A stretch of DNA of 64,000 nucleotides from Candidatus Cloacimonadales bacterium (GTDB lineage: Bacteria; Cloacimonadota; Cloacimonadia; Cloacimonadales; JAFGVF01): positions 613,252 to 677,251 of the forward strand of contig OY782499.1 in assembly GCA_963677815.1 (NCBI GenBank), written 5' to 3'. Below, piece after piece: positions 40,001 to 48,975 of the stretch (its first letter is position 1; each line of letters starts with the position of its first letter). The notes under the pieces are model-generated. The model did not search any database. It saw only the letters and a list, made by a program, of their open reading frames with translations, and had not been told where the DNA came from. A program made the translations under genes and the position numbers.

Positions 40001-40819
40001 TTCTACATAGACAACGTCGCCCAAGATACTTGGAGTGGTACTGTGGCTTGGCAAGAAGTTTCTTACGATGTAACTGATGGCAACCATACCTTCAAGTGGG
40101 AATATGATAAAGATATTAGTATGAATGAAGGTAGTGACTGTGCTTGGATAGATTATATTGTCTTCCCTAGTGCTATTAGTGAAGTTGGAGACCCTGTTAT
40201 TGCCGTTGATATGACAGAATATGACTTCGGTAGTGTAACTACAGGTGAAACTCAATTCAATATTTCTAACACAGGCCAAGGTATCTTAGCAGGTCAAATT
40301 ACTCTTAACCAAGAAAGTGTTTTCTCAGTTTCTATTAATGATAACCCAGCAAGTAGCCAAATTAACTACTCACTCGATCCTGCTCAAAGTATTGAAGTAA
40401 CTCTTTACTTCAACCCAATCGCAAATGATGAATATTCAGACAACATCCTTATTACATCTAATGATCCTCAACAGGAACAACTTGTAATCACTGTTAACGG
40501 AACAGGCTCTGGTGTATCTAATGATAACAATAATATTCCTCAAATTACTGAACTTCAAGGAAACTACCCAAATCCATTTAATCCAGAAACCGCTATTAAA
40601 TATGCAGTTAAGAAAGATGGTGATGTTTCCTTAAAAATATTTAACCTAAAAGGCCAGCTTGTTAAAACTCTTGTTAATCAACAGGTTAAAGCTGGTTATC
40701 ATAGAATCGTCTGGGACGGTAAAGATAATTTTGGAACAGATGTTGCAACAGGTATATACTTGTATCGTCTAGAAACCAAAACATATAACCAAACCAAAAA
40801 GATGATGCTGATGAAATAA
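37055..40819 (+). CDS. Gingipain-like peptidase C25 with a T9SS C-terminal sorting domain
   Basis: 1254 aa. Has a signal peptide and an N-terminal propeptide-like region. The catalytic region has YLLLVGDTPQIPAY, YLNYTAHGSETTW (His) and VVVGNCCLTNHF (Cys). The C-terminus is NYPNPFNPETAIKY...GIYLYRL. Confidence 0.9.
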   Translation: MKKFILLISLIMSITMVMALQENLMDLHQNSITLQNSNDYGVDISYELGTIEIKIQDTRGGQYAEISAKDFSLTKDEGLPQLPYSQKIISVPLGASIQASVDVKSASSVNLNTRGINAQIIPAQASVAKCENVEDLPFAKNIEIYSANKSFKYQPVTVNEIGILRGMRLFEVNFYPVEYNPVSGDIRVINSADVNVEFINGDIYATEELKAKTRSFMFEGIYAQNIFNYYPSRSSLENYPLGYIIVTPNQFLDTLEPFITWKQEQGYDVTVATTENIGSSTTAIKNYIQGIWDAATPDNPAPSYLLLVGDTPQIPAYAGSTDSGHVTDLNYVRLSGTDYLPEMYYGRFSATSVAQLTPQVNKTLTYQKYEMADPSYLEKATLIAGVDSYYASTHGNGTLNYGSDNYFNEAHDLDVNTYYYPQSGNSAAAIVSDVSLGLGYLNYTAHGSETTWADPSFTIANINSLQNYGKYPVVVGNCCLTNHFNTGTCFGEAWLRATNGAVIYIGGTNSTYWDEDYWWSVGHFTPTSTDSPTYAGTGFGMFDALFHEHNEAFEDWAHTAGAMVVTGNMAVQSSSSSRKNYYWEIYSIMGDPSLMPYIGVPDAQNVDYTNTMLVGMTSLNITAAPYSYAALSKDGQLLGTVLTDGSGNGTINFEAINVPGNVKLVVSHTDYQPFITDIEVVPAEGPFLVIDNQQITGNVAAGQELDLAFTIANVGVEAVSNVNVTLTSTDGNANIVNGATTIANIDAEATAQLASALEVTLADGLNHGEVVAFNLELASSDDTWNYQFALTAVGPHFIITDVTVNDGDNNLLDPNETAELLICYQNNGSFVANNTIANLISTTPGITVTDTNIELGDIAVNASGQLAVTVETSAYMETGTMADFTTTFTSDNEVNSSDNFTLSVGLLFEDFESGDFSSDFNWNTPGWTVVSSDAHQGSHSAKSNTISHNQSASMTVQMDDVTAGQISFWVKVSSEPGYDELTFYIDNVAQDTWSGTVAWQEVSYDVTDGNHTFKWEYDKDISMNEGSDCAWIDYIVFPSAISEVGDPVIAVDMTEYDFGSVTTGETQFNISNTGQGILAGQITLNQESVFSVSINDNPASSQINYSLDPAQSIEVTLYFNPIANDEYSDNILITSNDPQQEQLVITVNGTGSGVSNDNNNIPQITELQGNYPNPFNPETAIKYAVKKDGDVSLKIFNLKGQLVKTLVNQQVKAGYHRIVWDGKDNFGTDVATGIYLYRLETKTYNQTKKMMLMK

Positions 40820-40877
40820 CCTCCTTGTATGCTAGCAGAAAAGGTTGGGCTCCCCGCCCAACCTTTCTGCATTTATA
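40762..40877 (+). repeat. 116-bp direct repeat, copy 1 (last 19 codons of the C25 gene plus its terminator hairpin)
   Basis: Identical to 41704-41820 apart from one 1-nt indel (cagaaaagg versus cagacaaagg). Confidence 0.95.
40835..40870. terminator. Long GC-rich hairpin after the C25 gene (probable terminator; duplicated at about 41778-41813)
   Basis: The stem is gcagaaaaggttgggc / gcccaacctttctgc with loop tccc. The T-run is 9 nt downstream, so it is not a textbook intrinsic terminator. Confidence 0.55.
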
Positions 40878-40948
40878 GCCTTTTTTTTATCAAGATTTAT
40901 TATTAATTTATTTTTTTTGAGATCTCTCTAAAGTAGAGTTGCGTTAAA

Positions 40949-41177
40949 CCCAGATGGTGCAGTAGAGCTTTAGTAATACTTCGCTAAAGCTACGTATCAC
41001 AGGCGAAGAGTGCATATTCTTTTAGCAAAATCCCCTTCTTTGAGGGGGATACAGGGGATGATTCCTTTGATACGCATATAATATATATATTCAGATGAAT
41101 TATCTAAGTTACTTTTGCAATGAGTCTTCGCTAAAGCTACGCCCTCACAAGAATAATATAGTGCTATTTTCAATAAA
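40949..41177. mobile_element. Family B-related element (left part), carrying an internal family F hairpin
   Basis: The left terminus cccagatggtgcagtagagctttagtaatacttcgctaaagctacg matches B3. The interior matches B1/B2 (gaagagtgcatattcttttagcaaaa ... acgcatataatatatatattc ... aagttacttttgca). The canonical right terminus is missing here; a right-end-like sequence (ctattgcattatt) occurs at about 41683-41695. Confidence 0.6.
41028..41066 (+). repeat. Family F hairpin copy inserted inside the B-related element
   Basis: The sequence aaatccccttctttgagggggatacaggggatgattcc interrupts the segment that is contiguous in B1/B2 (tagcaaaa|tagcttac...). Confidence 0.75.
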
Positions 41178-41213
41178 GTTAAATTGTCGGAGAAAAGCTC
41201 AACTATCCAAAAA

Positions 41214-41337
41214 ATACTCTCCCCGGTCTTCACGACCACCCCTCTCAGGCGCTCCAAGGAGCTGAAAGGGGATTGTTTACTCTCCCCGGTCTACACGACC
41301 ACCCTTCTCAAGCGCTCCAAGGAGCTGAAAGAGGATT
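41214..41337 (+). repeat. Family A hairpin repeat, 2 tandem copies
   Basis: The sequence is atactctccccggtcttcacgaccacccctctcaggcgctccaaggagctgaaaggggatt followed by a second, slightly diverged copy. Confidence 0.9.
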
Positions 41338-41703
41338 TATTTATTGATGTGCAAAATTTGCTATATAAACCACTTTAAAAAGTTTATAAACATTATTAGA
41401 TAAACTCTTAATAGAATTATATTCCTACTAATCTATTACTGAGCTGTTCTATGCATTGCTAAAAAGCCCATCCTATAGTACACTTAGTTTACTAGTGATA
41501 AGGATTTTTTCGTAACTATGTAGACACTTCTCATTAAAGGCAAGCAAGTGTCAATTTACTTACTTTTATGCACATAAATATATCCTATATGTGTGATTTC
41601 TTAATCTGCTGATAATAAACATTTTAACTAAGTGTTTTATAAAAATTGTTATTTTTTTTAAAATTTAATTTGTTTGGAACAGCTATTGCATTATTATATA
41701 AGC

Positions 41704-41820
41704 GTATCGTCTAGAAACCAAAACATATAACCAAACCAAAAAGATGATGCTGATGAAATAACCTCCTTGTATGCTAGCAGACAAAGGTTGGGCTCCCCGC
41801 CCAACCTTTCTGCATTTATA
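41704..41820 (+). repeat. 116-bp direct repeat, copy 2 (orphan duplicate of the C25 gene 3' end plus terminator hairpin)
   Basis: See 40762-40877. It lies 14 nt from the stop of the convergent TPR gene. Confidence 0.95.
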
Positions 41821-41833
41821 AGACTTTTAAAAT

Positions 41834-42529
41834 TTACTTCTTCCAATAATCACATTCAGGAAATCTCTCCCTCAAGCTCTTTTCTAGCTTGTTACTTTCC
41901 TTTTTCATTTTATTAGCTTTTAAGATATCTAATTTCAAGAAGGCTTCTTCTTGAGAAGAAAATTCTTCTTCTGGATCTTCAGTATCTTTTCCTTTATAAG
42001 ACATGCCTGTCTCAAAAGTTTTTAAAGCTTCCTTATTTTTATTTAGCTTGAGCTGTACTCTAGCTAACCATAAATAAGCATCATAATGTTCAACTCTTGT
42101 TTCAATAGCCTTATTTAAAGCTTTTTCAGCTTCTTCCCATTCTTGCAAATTATAGTAAGCTTCACCTTTGTGTCTCCAAGGACATGACCAATTAGCATAG
42201 TTTTCATTCAAAAAATCATAATGCTTAATAGCATCTTCTTCTCTTCCTATTCCTAAGTAGATGTTAGCTAATTGAAATCTCTGAGCTGGTTGTAAATCAT
42301 CAATCATTGCTTCCATTTTATTCATAGCTTTTGTCATTTCAGTATAATGAAGAATTAGAAGGTTGTAGTTAGCGCTTGCTTGGTTCTTAGACTGACTAGC
42401 ATCATCTAGTAGGGCTTTAATATTAACTAAAGCGTCATCTTCAAGATAAGAGTTTAGTAGGTCCTGACTAGCGGCAAAGACAAATCCTGTGGTCATAAGT
42501 AACAGAAGTAAACATGTTAGTTTTTTCAT
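41834..42529 (-). CDS. Secreted TPR-repeat protein
   Basis: 231 aa. Has a signal peptide (MKKLTCLLLLLMTTGFVFA) and several TPR-like helical repeats (AEKALNKAIE, YDAYLWLARVQ). Confidence 0.7.
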   Translation of the reverse strand: MKKLTCLLLLLMTTGFVFAASQDLLNSYLEDDALVNIKALLDDASQSKNQASANYNLLILHYTEMTKAMNKMEAMIDDLQPAQRFQLANIYLGIGREEDAIKHYDFLNENYANWSCPWRHKGEAYYNLQEWEEAEKALNKAIETRVEHYDAYLWLARVQLKLNKNKEALKTFETGMSYKGKDTEDPEEEFSSQEEAFLKLDILKANKMKKESNKLEKSLRERFPECDYWKK

Positions 42530-42772
42530 TTTTTTCTCCGAAAAATTAGTTTGAAACTTAAATTAATAGACTCCTTTATACATGTCAATTTTTAAAATCA
42601 CTTAATTTGTTAACTAACTATAACATAAATAAAAAATTACTACTAATAAATCAGCTAATGATGCTTTGAAAATCTCTAATAAAAGGATTCTTTAGCCAAA
42701 TCACAAAAATATGCCCACAAAAAACTTGTCAGATTTATGATGTTCATTAACTTAGATTTAAGAGGCAATCCT

Positions 42773-44476
42773 ATGATAAAAAAGATATATTTACTTCTTG
42801 TTATCCTGTTTTTCATTCTTGGAATTAGGGCTAATGAGTGGACTATTTTAATTTACATGGCAGCTGATAATGGTCTTCATGATAATGCTCTAGCAGACAT
42901 TGAAGAAATGGAAGAATCAACCTTTAGCAGTCAAGCAGATATAATAGTGCAAATGGATGGTGATAATAACAGTGATTTACCAGGAACTTATAGATATAAA
43001 ATATCTCAAAATCCTCAAGCAGGGATTCAATCTTCAGTTATCAAGAATCTAGGTGAGACTAATTCTGGTTCTTACCAAACATTGAAATCTTTTGTTGAAT
43101 GGGGATTTAACAAATATAAATCTTCCAAAAAAGCCCTTATTATTTGGTCTCATGCTAATGGCTGGTCGAAAGAAATTACTGAGAAGGGAATAGCTCCAGA
43201 TAACTCTTCTGAGAGCTTTATCAGCATGTCTAACCATGAAATGCGTAAGGCTTTAGCTAACACCCAGCTTGATATTCTTATCTATGATGCCTGTAATATG
43301 CAAACAATAGAAAATTTAGTTGAACTTGAGGGTAAGGCTGATTATATAATTGCCTCAGAAGCTACAGTACCTGTTACAGGTTTACCTTACTCCCAAATTT
43401 TTGATTATTGGCAATCCTCCACAGATATTGATTCCCTAGCTATTCAGATACCAAAAATCTATGTTCAAGCCTATAGACCTGGTGGAATATATAATTCAAG
43501 TGGTAACTTAAGAAGAATCACTGCTTCAACAGCTAAAATGCACTTTGTCTCAAATGTTGAATACCTTTTAAATTATTTTTTATATAAATATAGTACAGAT
43601 ACTAGAGAGTTTGTTCTTGCTAGAGAAAATTTAAATGAGTTTGGTATAAGTAACACTGATATAGACTTAAAAGAGCTTCTAGACAATCTAGCTCAACAAA
43701 ATGACAACATTATGCTACAAAATGATGCAAAATACCTTAAAACACACTTAAATCGTCTCTTTATTTCTTATGATTCATCTTCCTTTGATTATAAAGTTGG
43801 ACCTGCTACAATGTGGTTTCCGCGTTATTCTCACCAATTTATTAATAACTGGCAAGTATATAGAAATCTCTATTTTGCACAAGGATCTATTGGTAACTTC
43901 TTAAATAAAACTTTTGGACAAGATGAGATTCCCCCATTTCCATTTGAAATAACCCAAGCCCAAATTGTTAATGAAACAATTTATCTAGAATGGGAAAATC
44001 ATCTTGATCCTGACCTTCTATCTTATCAAGTAAACTTCTTATACAATGATGGTAGTAATCAAACTATTTCCCTAGCAAATACTGATAACTATCAAGCTAG
44101 AGTAAAACAAGGTGGCCAAGTTTATATTACTGCCATTGATGCTTCAGGTAATCAAGAATCTTCACCAGTTAAAGAATTTAAAGTGTTATTTGATTTTGGG
44201 AAAGTCTATATAGCACCCAACCCTCTAAAAGATAAATCAGAGGGAAGTATTGTCTTTTATGAAGCTAATTCTGGAGGCAAGAAGGCTGAAATAGCTATCT
44301 ATACTGCTAGTGGTAAGCTTGTAGCAAAAAATAGCTTCTTATTAGCAGATGACATAAATGAACATAAGTTTCCTCTTTCTGAAATTATTAATATAGAGTT
44401 GAGTCCTGGTATCTACTTTTGTAGCTTAGAACTTGATAATAGATTCTATCGTACAAAATTTGCAGTAGAATATTAA
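42773..44476 (+). CDS. Clostripain-related (peptidase C11 family) secreted cysteine protease with a C-terminal beta-sandwich/sorting-like domain
   Basis: ATG 42773 follows SD aagagg. Has WTILIYMAADNGL, IIWSHANGW (His) and LIYDACNM (Cys) motifs. The C-terminal tail is GIYFCSLELDNRFYRTKFAVEY. Confidence 0.8.
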   Translation: MIKKIYLLLVILFFILGIRANEWTILIYMAADNGLHDNALADIEEMEESTFSSQADIIVQMDGDNNSDLPGTYRYKISQNPQAGIQSSVIKNLGETNSGSYQTLKSFVEWGFNKYKSSKKALIIWSHANGWSKEITEKGIAPDNSSESFISMSNHEMRKALANTQLDILIYDACNMQTIENLVELEGKADYIIASEATVPVTGLPYSQIFDYWQSSTDIDSLAIQIPKIYVQAYRPGGIYNSSGNLRRITASTAKMHFVSNVEYLLNYFLYKYSTDTREFVLARENLNEFGISNTDIDLKELLDNLAQQNDNIMLQNDAKYLKTHLNRLFISYDSSSFDYKVGPATMWFPRYSHQFINNWQVYRNLYFAQGSIGNFLNKTFGQDEIPPFPFEITQAQIVNETIYLEWENHLDPDLLSYQVNFLYNDGSNQTISLANTDNYQARVKQGGQVYITAIDASGNQESSPVKEFKVLFDFGKVYIAPNPLKDKSEGSIVFYEANSGGKKAEIAIYTASGKLVAKNSFLLADDINEHKFPLSEIINIELSPGIYFCSLELDNRFYRTKFAVEY

Positions 44477-44571
44477 GTAATAATAAATTTTTGCTTAAGA
44501 TATAATATATAAGTAAGTAGTATAATCCCTTATAAGCGAGTAATAATCTGAAAAATAGACTTTTAGTAATC

Positions 44572-44764
44572 TGTGGACAAATCTTTTGGTTGATAATGTG
44601 GAAAAGATAATATCTGAAATTTATAACTAATTAATAAAACAAGCATCTAGAAGATTTGCCCACATTGTGGATAACTTGTGAGTAACTAACTATCTCAAGT
44701 CTCTTATATTTCTTTATATTATTGTTCTTCATGCATTTAACTACGTTGTGGATAATGTGGATAT
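44572..44764 (-). promoter_or_regulatory. Cluster of DnaA-box-like 9-mers (complement of TTATCCACA) upstream of the glycosyltransferase operon
   Basis: TGTGGACAA is at 44572, TGTGGAAAA at 44597, TGTGGATAA at 44666 (perfect) with TGTGAGTAA 11 bp later, TGTGGATAA at 44747 (perfect) and TGTGGATAT at 44756. All are in the same orientation. Confidence 0.5.
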
Positions 44765-44909
44765 AATGTGTAAGTAGTAGTTAATTTTGCTTAGGAAATA
44801 TTGGTTCAATCTAGTAAATTTAAAATAATAGTAAAAAATAGTGAGTATATCTTGACATAGCTAATTTAGAGATTATTTTGGTAAAAAAATAAGTTAAAGA
44901 AAAGGGATT

Positions 44910-46565
44910 ATGATAGCAGTATATATTGATGATAACAGTAATAACAATTTGAACTCTATGATAAGCTACATAGTAGAGTTTACCTTTGTCACCTTAGGTT
45001 ATAGCTATAAGATAATTTACTCTCTCAAGGGATTAACAGAGTTTGATGTCTTAGTTTGGTATGATTCTAAGGGTATTCAGAAGGATCAAATAGCTAACTT
45101 TGCTAAGAAAATACCTATTATTGTAGTTAGATATCATGAGAATCTTTATATACCAAGTCAGTTAAAAGGCAACAATTTAACTTCGAAAATTAAGAAAATC
45201 AAATTCTACAATGAAGTAATTCCTATAATACACAACAATTTATTAACTAATATAGTTGAAGAGGTTAAACAAAGCGATATTGCTTTGACTATCTTAAACT
45301 TTGATATCTTTGGAAACCTCTACTTTCATATTACTGATTGCGAATTTAGGGCTAAGAAATCTGATGATGGAGTTATTGAACAAGGTAGTGTTTTTGACGA
45401 GTATTATCATGAACCTATAGTTAACTATCTTCTATCTTTTATTGAAAAAATAATCCTTAATTGCTGTCAGAAACTTGATTTTTTATTAATAAAAAAAGAA
45501 TACTGGCCACATGGTGAAGATTATGCTGTGATATTTACCCATTCTATTGATAAGTTAGAAAAATGGGGAAGAGGTGTTTTTGGTGAATTTCTTTTAGATT
45601 GCCTCCCTCTAATATTAAAAGGTAAATTTTCAGATGTTTTTAGAAATTTATCAAGTGGTATTAAGTATTTTTTCACTGATGAAGAACAATATTGGAACTT
45701 TGAAAATTATCTCAAGTTAGATAATAAATACGGTATAATTTCAACCTGGTTTGTTTCACTTTTAGAAGATAATGGCTTTGTCTATAATGTTGATGAAAAG
45801 AAGATGCTTAAAGAGTTAAATGAAATATTAGGAAATGGTCATGAGTTAGGCATTTTAGTAAATCCTTATGAAATGGATCAAGTGAAAATCAAGACAGCTT
45901 TCAGCAAATTATTAAAAATTACTAAAGAAGAGCAAAGTGGTATTAGGGTTGCCGGACGCCCTCTTCATGAAAGTATTTCGTTAGCAACTCACAGAAATAA
46001 TCTTCAATATGATTGTTCTATTGTATCTCCGAATATAGACCTTTTTAAAAATGGGAACATCTTACCTCATCATAAATTGATTGAGGGTATCAGAACTTTC
46101 CAGTTAGAAATACCAATTACTTTTTCTGACGAGATTCTTAAATCTTCAAAATATTCTTACCGTTCCTATGAATCAACAAAGCAAAAAATGGATAATTTAC
46201 TTATGAAGGTCAATAAAAGTGGTGGTTTGATTTGCTTTGACTTCACTATTTCTAACTTTAAGGATATTAGTTATTTAGAAAAGCTTTATACTTATACATT
46301 AGAGAGGATTAAAGAAACTAATTACTATAATAATTCCTGTAAAAATATAGCAAGCTGGTGGAAAAGTAGAAAGAATGTTATTATCACAAATGTAGAATGG
46401 GGAGCAAACATCCTCTTCCTTGATGATTTCCCTTTCTTTACCTTTAAAGTTCATTCTAAAAAGAAAATAAGAAAAGTAACCATGGTTGACCATCAAATTG
46501 AAGATAATATTATCACTATGTCTAACATAAAAGCTAACACAGTAGTAGATATTGAAATGGAGTAG
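44910..46565 (+). CDS. Hypothetical protein, first gene of the glycosyltransferase operon
   Basis: 551 aa and cytoplasmic-looking. I recognise no confident motif. It is tightly coupled to the next gene (stop 46565, next start 46569). Confidence 0.55.
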   Translation: MIAVYIDDNSNNNLNSMISYIVEFTFVTLGYSYKIIYSLKGLTEFDVLVWYDSKGIQKDQIANFAKKIPIIVVRYHENLYIPSQLKGNNLTSKIKKIKFYNEVIPIIHNNLLTNIVEEVKQSDIALTILNFDIFGNLYFHITDCEFRAKKSDDGVIEQGSVFDEYYHEPIVNYLLSFIEKIILNCCQKLDFLLIKKEYWPHGEDYAVIFTHSIDKLEKWGRGVFGEFLLDCLPLILKGKFSDVFRNLSSGIKYFFTDEEQYWNFENYLKLDNKYGIISTWFVSLLEDNGFVYNVDEKKMLKELNEILGNGHELGILVNPYEMDQVKIKTAFSKLLKITKEEQSGIRVAGRPLHESISLATHRNNLQYDCSIVSPNIDLFKNGNILPHHKLIEGIRTFQLEIPITFSDEILKSSKYSYRSYESTKQKMDNLLMKVNKSGGLICFDFTISNFKDISYLEKLYTYTLERIKETNYYNNSCKNIASWWKSRKNVIITNVEWGANILFLDDFPFFTFKVHSKKKIRKVTMVDHQIEDNIITMSNIKANTVVDIEME

Positions 46566-46568
46566 ACT

Positions 46569-48974
46569 TTGCAGAAAATATTAATTATTACGATAAGTCA
46601 TAAAGCTAAAGATGTAAGACTTTACTACAAGTTAGCAAAAACACTTTCAGAGAAATTTCAGGTATCTATTCTCCATAATAATTCTAATTCTGGTGATTAT
46701 GATGAAGATATCAGACTAATAGCTTTAAATAAGCTTAGTAAGGCCCAATTTATTATACAAGCTGCTATTCAAATTAAGTTACTCATGGCAGATATTGTTG
46801 TCCTTGTTGAGCCGATATTGCTAACCTTAGTCAATCCTAGTTCTAAAACAAAGTTTGTTTATGATTGTCATGAATTCTTTAATCTTGCTCAAAAAGAGAA
46901 GTCCTTGAACAAAAGCAAACAGTTTATTGATTCTTTTCTGCATGATAAACTAGAAAAATCTTTTGTCCCAAAACTAAATGCTTGTATTACAGTAAATGAT
47001 CTTATTACTCAGAAATATCAAGCAATGGGAACGCATAGTATAACTATTCCTAATTATCCAGAGATTCATGATATAAGCAATCCAGAGACTAGTGAGATTG
47101 TTTATGACTTTATCTATGCAGGTGGTCTTTCTCCTATGAGGGGAATTAAAGAGATTATTCAAGCCACTTTTGCTATCAAGAAAATAATGCCAAATATAAA
47201 GGTTTTATTAATTGGTACCGAGCAGATAACAGGCTTCAGAAATGAATGTTTAGATTTAATAGATAGGCTTAATTTAAAGGCTTCTATAAGCCTAATGGAA
47301 TCAATTCCTTTTGAGCAAATATATGCTAAATATCACCAGTCTAGGTGTGGAATATGTATGCTATCACCTGAAATAAGCCGTTACAAATATGCTTTACCTA
47401 TCAAATTACTTGAATACTTGAATGCAGGCCTCTTGGTAATCACTAATGATTTCCCTATGACAAAGCAAATATCACAGTCTTCCAAGGGTATCTTAACTGC
47501 TAAATTTTCAGCTGAAGATATAGCTAACAAGATGTTGAAGATTATCACTATGACTGAGGAAGACATTACTGAGCATAAAGATATTGCTAAAAAATTGATT
47601 ACTGAAAAATATAATTGGCAGCTTCTAGCACCTAAACTTATAAATCTTTTTGACCAATTAGCATCAACAAGAAAGACAGCCTTATTAATATCGTATTTCT
47701 TCCCACCTTTAGGAGGAGCAGGGGTTCAAAGACCGCTCAAACTTGCTAAGTATGCAAAAGACTCAAACTGGGATTTAGTAGTATTAACTATTGAAGATAT
47801 AGTATTTCATTCTTATGATGAATCTTTGTTACAGGAAATAGAGTCTGAAGTAATTAGAGCTGATTCTTGGGATATTATGTCTTTAATCCAGAAAATTAAG
47901 ATTTTTAGAAAAGAAAGTCTAGGAGATAAAGTAGATAAAGCTTATTTTGAAACAAATGACTTCAAAAAGAGGCTTGTAAAATCTCTCTTTTTCATAGATG
48001 AAAAGATTGGTTGGTTTATTCCAGCTGTTCTGCGAGGTATTAAGCAAGTAATAAAGCAAGACTTCAATGCTATCATTGTTACTATTTACCCTCCTTCATC
48101 TCTCCTAATAGCCTATACCATAGCTAAACTTACTAATTTACCCCTCTTTATTGATTATAGAGACCACTGGACCTTAAGTTCTTACTTCGATTTCACTAAT
48201 CAAAGTTCTAGAGATTCTTATCATAAGCTTGAGAAATTCTTTCTTACAAGAGCTCGAGGTATTATCACTATTGGTCAGATTATGAAAGAAGAATTAGCTG
48301 ATAGTTTTAAGCTAGCTAAAGATAAAATTGCTGTTTCTTACAATGGTTTTGATGATGAGGATTTTAATGAAGATAGCACAAATTTACTCCTATCTGCAAA
48401 GAATAAAAGGACTTCTATGAAGGGTAAAATTTCTATTGGCTATATAGGCAATATGTACAAACACAGGACTTCAAAATACTTCTTACAAGCATTACAAGAG
48501 TTGATTAGTGAGGGAAAAGTAAAGAAAAATGAAATTGAAATCAACTTCATGGGCAACTACTATGTTGAAGAAATTGAAGTCTTTAATAATTCAGCTTTAT
48601 CAGATATTATAAATATACAAGCTCAACAAGAGCATCAGATTGCTATAAAAGAAATGCAAAGGCAGGATATTCTCTTATTGTTAATAGCTAGTAAGAGTGG
48701 AAAAAATGTTTTAACTGGTAAAATATTCGAATATCTAAGAACTAATAAACCAATCTTAGCATTGGTTCCTCAAGGAGGAGAAGCTGAAGCTTTACTTAAG
48801 AAAGTTGGTAACCCTTGGATAGCAAGCCTTGAGGATATAAATACCATTAAAGAACAGATTTTATTAGTTTTAGATTTCATAAGAAATAATGGCTCTGTCT
48901 CCTTTGATATCGGAGAATATAGCAGAAGAAATCAAGTTAAGAAGTTTTTTGCTTTCATAGAGGAAAAACTTTAA
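46569..48974 (+). CDS. Large two-module glycosyltransferase (GT4-like modules)
   Basis: 801 aa. Uses a TTG start with ggag 6 nt upstream. The N-module ends with ...PIKLLEYLNAGLLVITND and the C-module has GKIFEYLRTNKPILAL, both like GT-B C-terminal nucleotide-sugar binding motifs. Confidence 0.75.
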   Translation: MQKILIITISHKAKDVRLYYKLAKTLSEKFQVSILHNNSNSGDYDEDIRLIALNKLSKAQFIIQAAIQIKLLMADIVVLVEPILLTLVNPSSKTKFVYDCHEFFNLAQKEKSLNKSKQFIDSFLHDKLEKSFVPKLNACITVNDLITQKYQAMGTHSITIPNYPEIHDISNPETSEIVYDFIYAGGLSPMRGIKEIIQATFAIKKIMPNIKVLLIGTEQITGFRNECLDLIDRLNLKASISLMESIPFEQIYAKYHQSRCGICMLSPEISRYKYALPIKLLEYLNAGLLVITNDFPMTKQISQSSKGILTAKFSAEDIANKMLKIITMTEEDITEHKDIAKKLITEKYNWQLLAPKLINLFDQLASTRKTALLISYFFPPLGGAGVQRPLKLAKYAKDSNWDLVVLTIEDIVFHSYDESLLQEIESEVIRADSWDIMSLIQKIKIFRKESLGDKVDKAYFETNDFKKRLVKSLFFIDEKIGWFIPAVLRGIKQVIKQDFNAIIVTIYPPSSLLIAYTIAKLTNLPLFIDYRDHWTLSSYFDFTNQSSRDSYHKLEKFFLTRARGIITIGQIMKEELADSFKLAKDKIAVSYNGFDDEDFNEDSTNLLLSAKNKRTSMKGKISIGYIGNMYKHRTSKYFLQALQELISEGKVKKNEIEINFMGNYYVEEIEVFNNSALSDIINIQAQQEHQIAIKEMQRQDILLLLIASKSGKNVLTGKIFEYLRTNKPILALVPQGGEAEALLKKVGNPWIASLEDINTIKEQILLVLDFIRNNGSVSFDIGEYSRRNQVKKFFAFIEEKL

Positions 48975-48975
48975 T

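Noticed and set aside
44480-44909. Calling this region (or 60806-61196) the chromosomal origin oriC
   Set aside because: There are two separate clusters 16 kb apart. No dnaA, dnaN, rpmH or parAB genes are adjacent. I could not define a DnaA-trio or 13-mer DUE, and GC-skew cannot be evaluated from one window. The clusters are kept only as motif-cluster findings.
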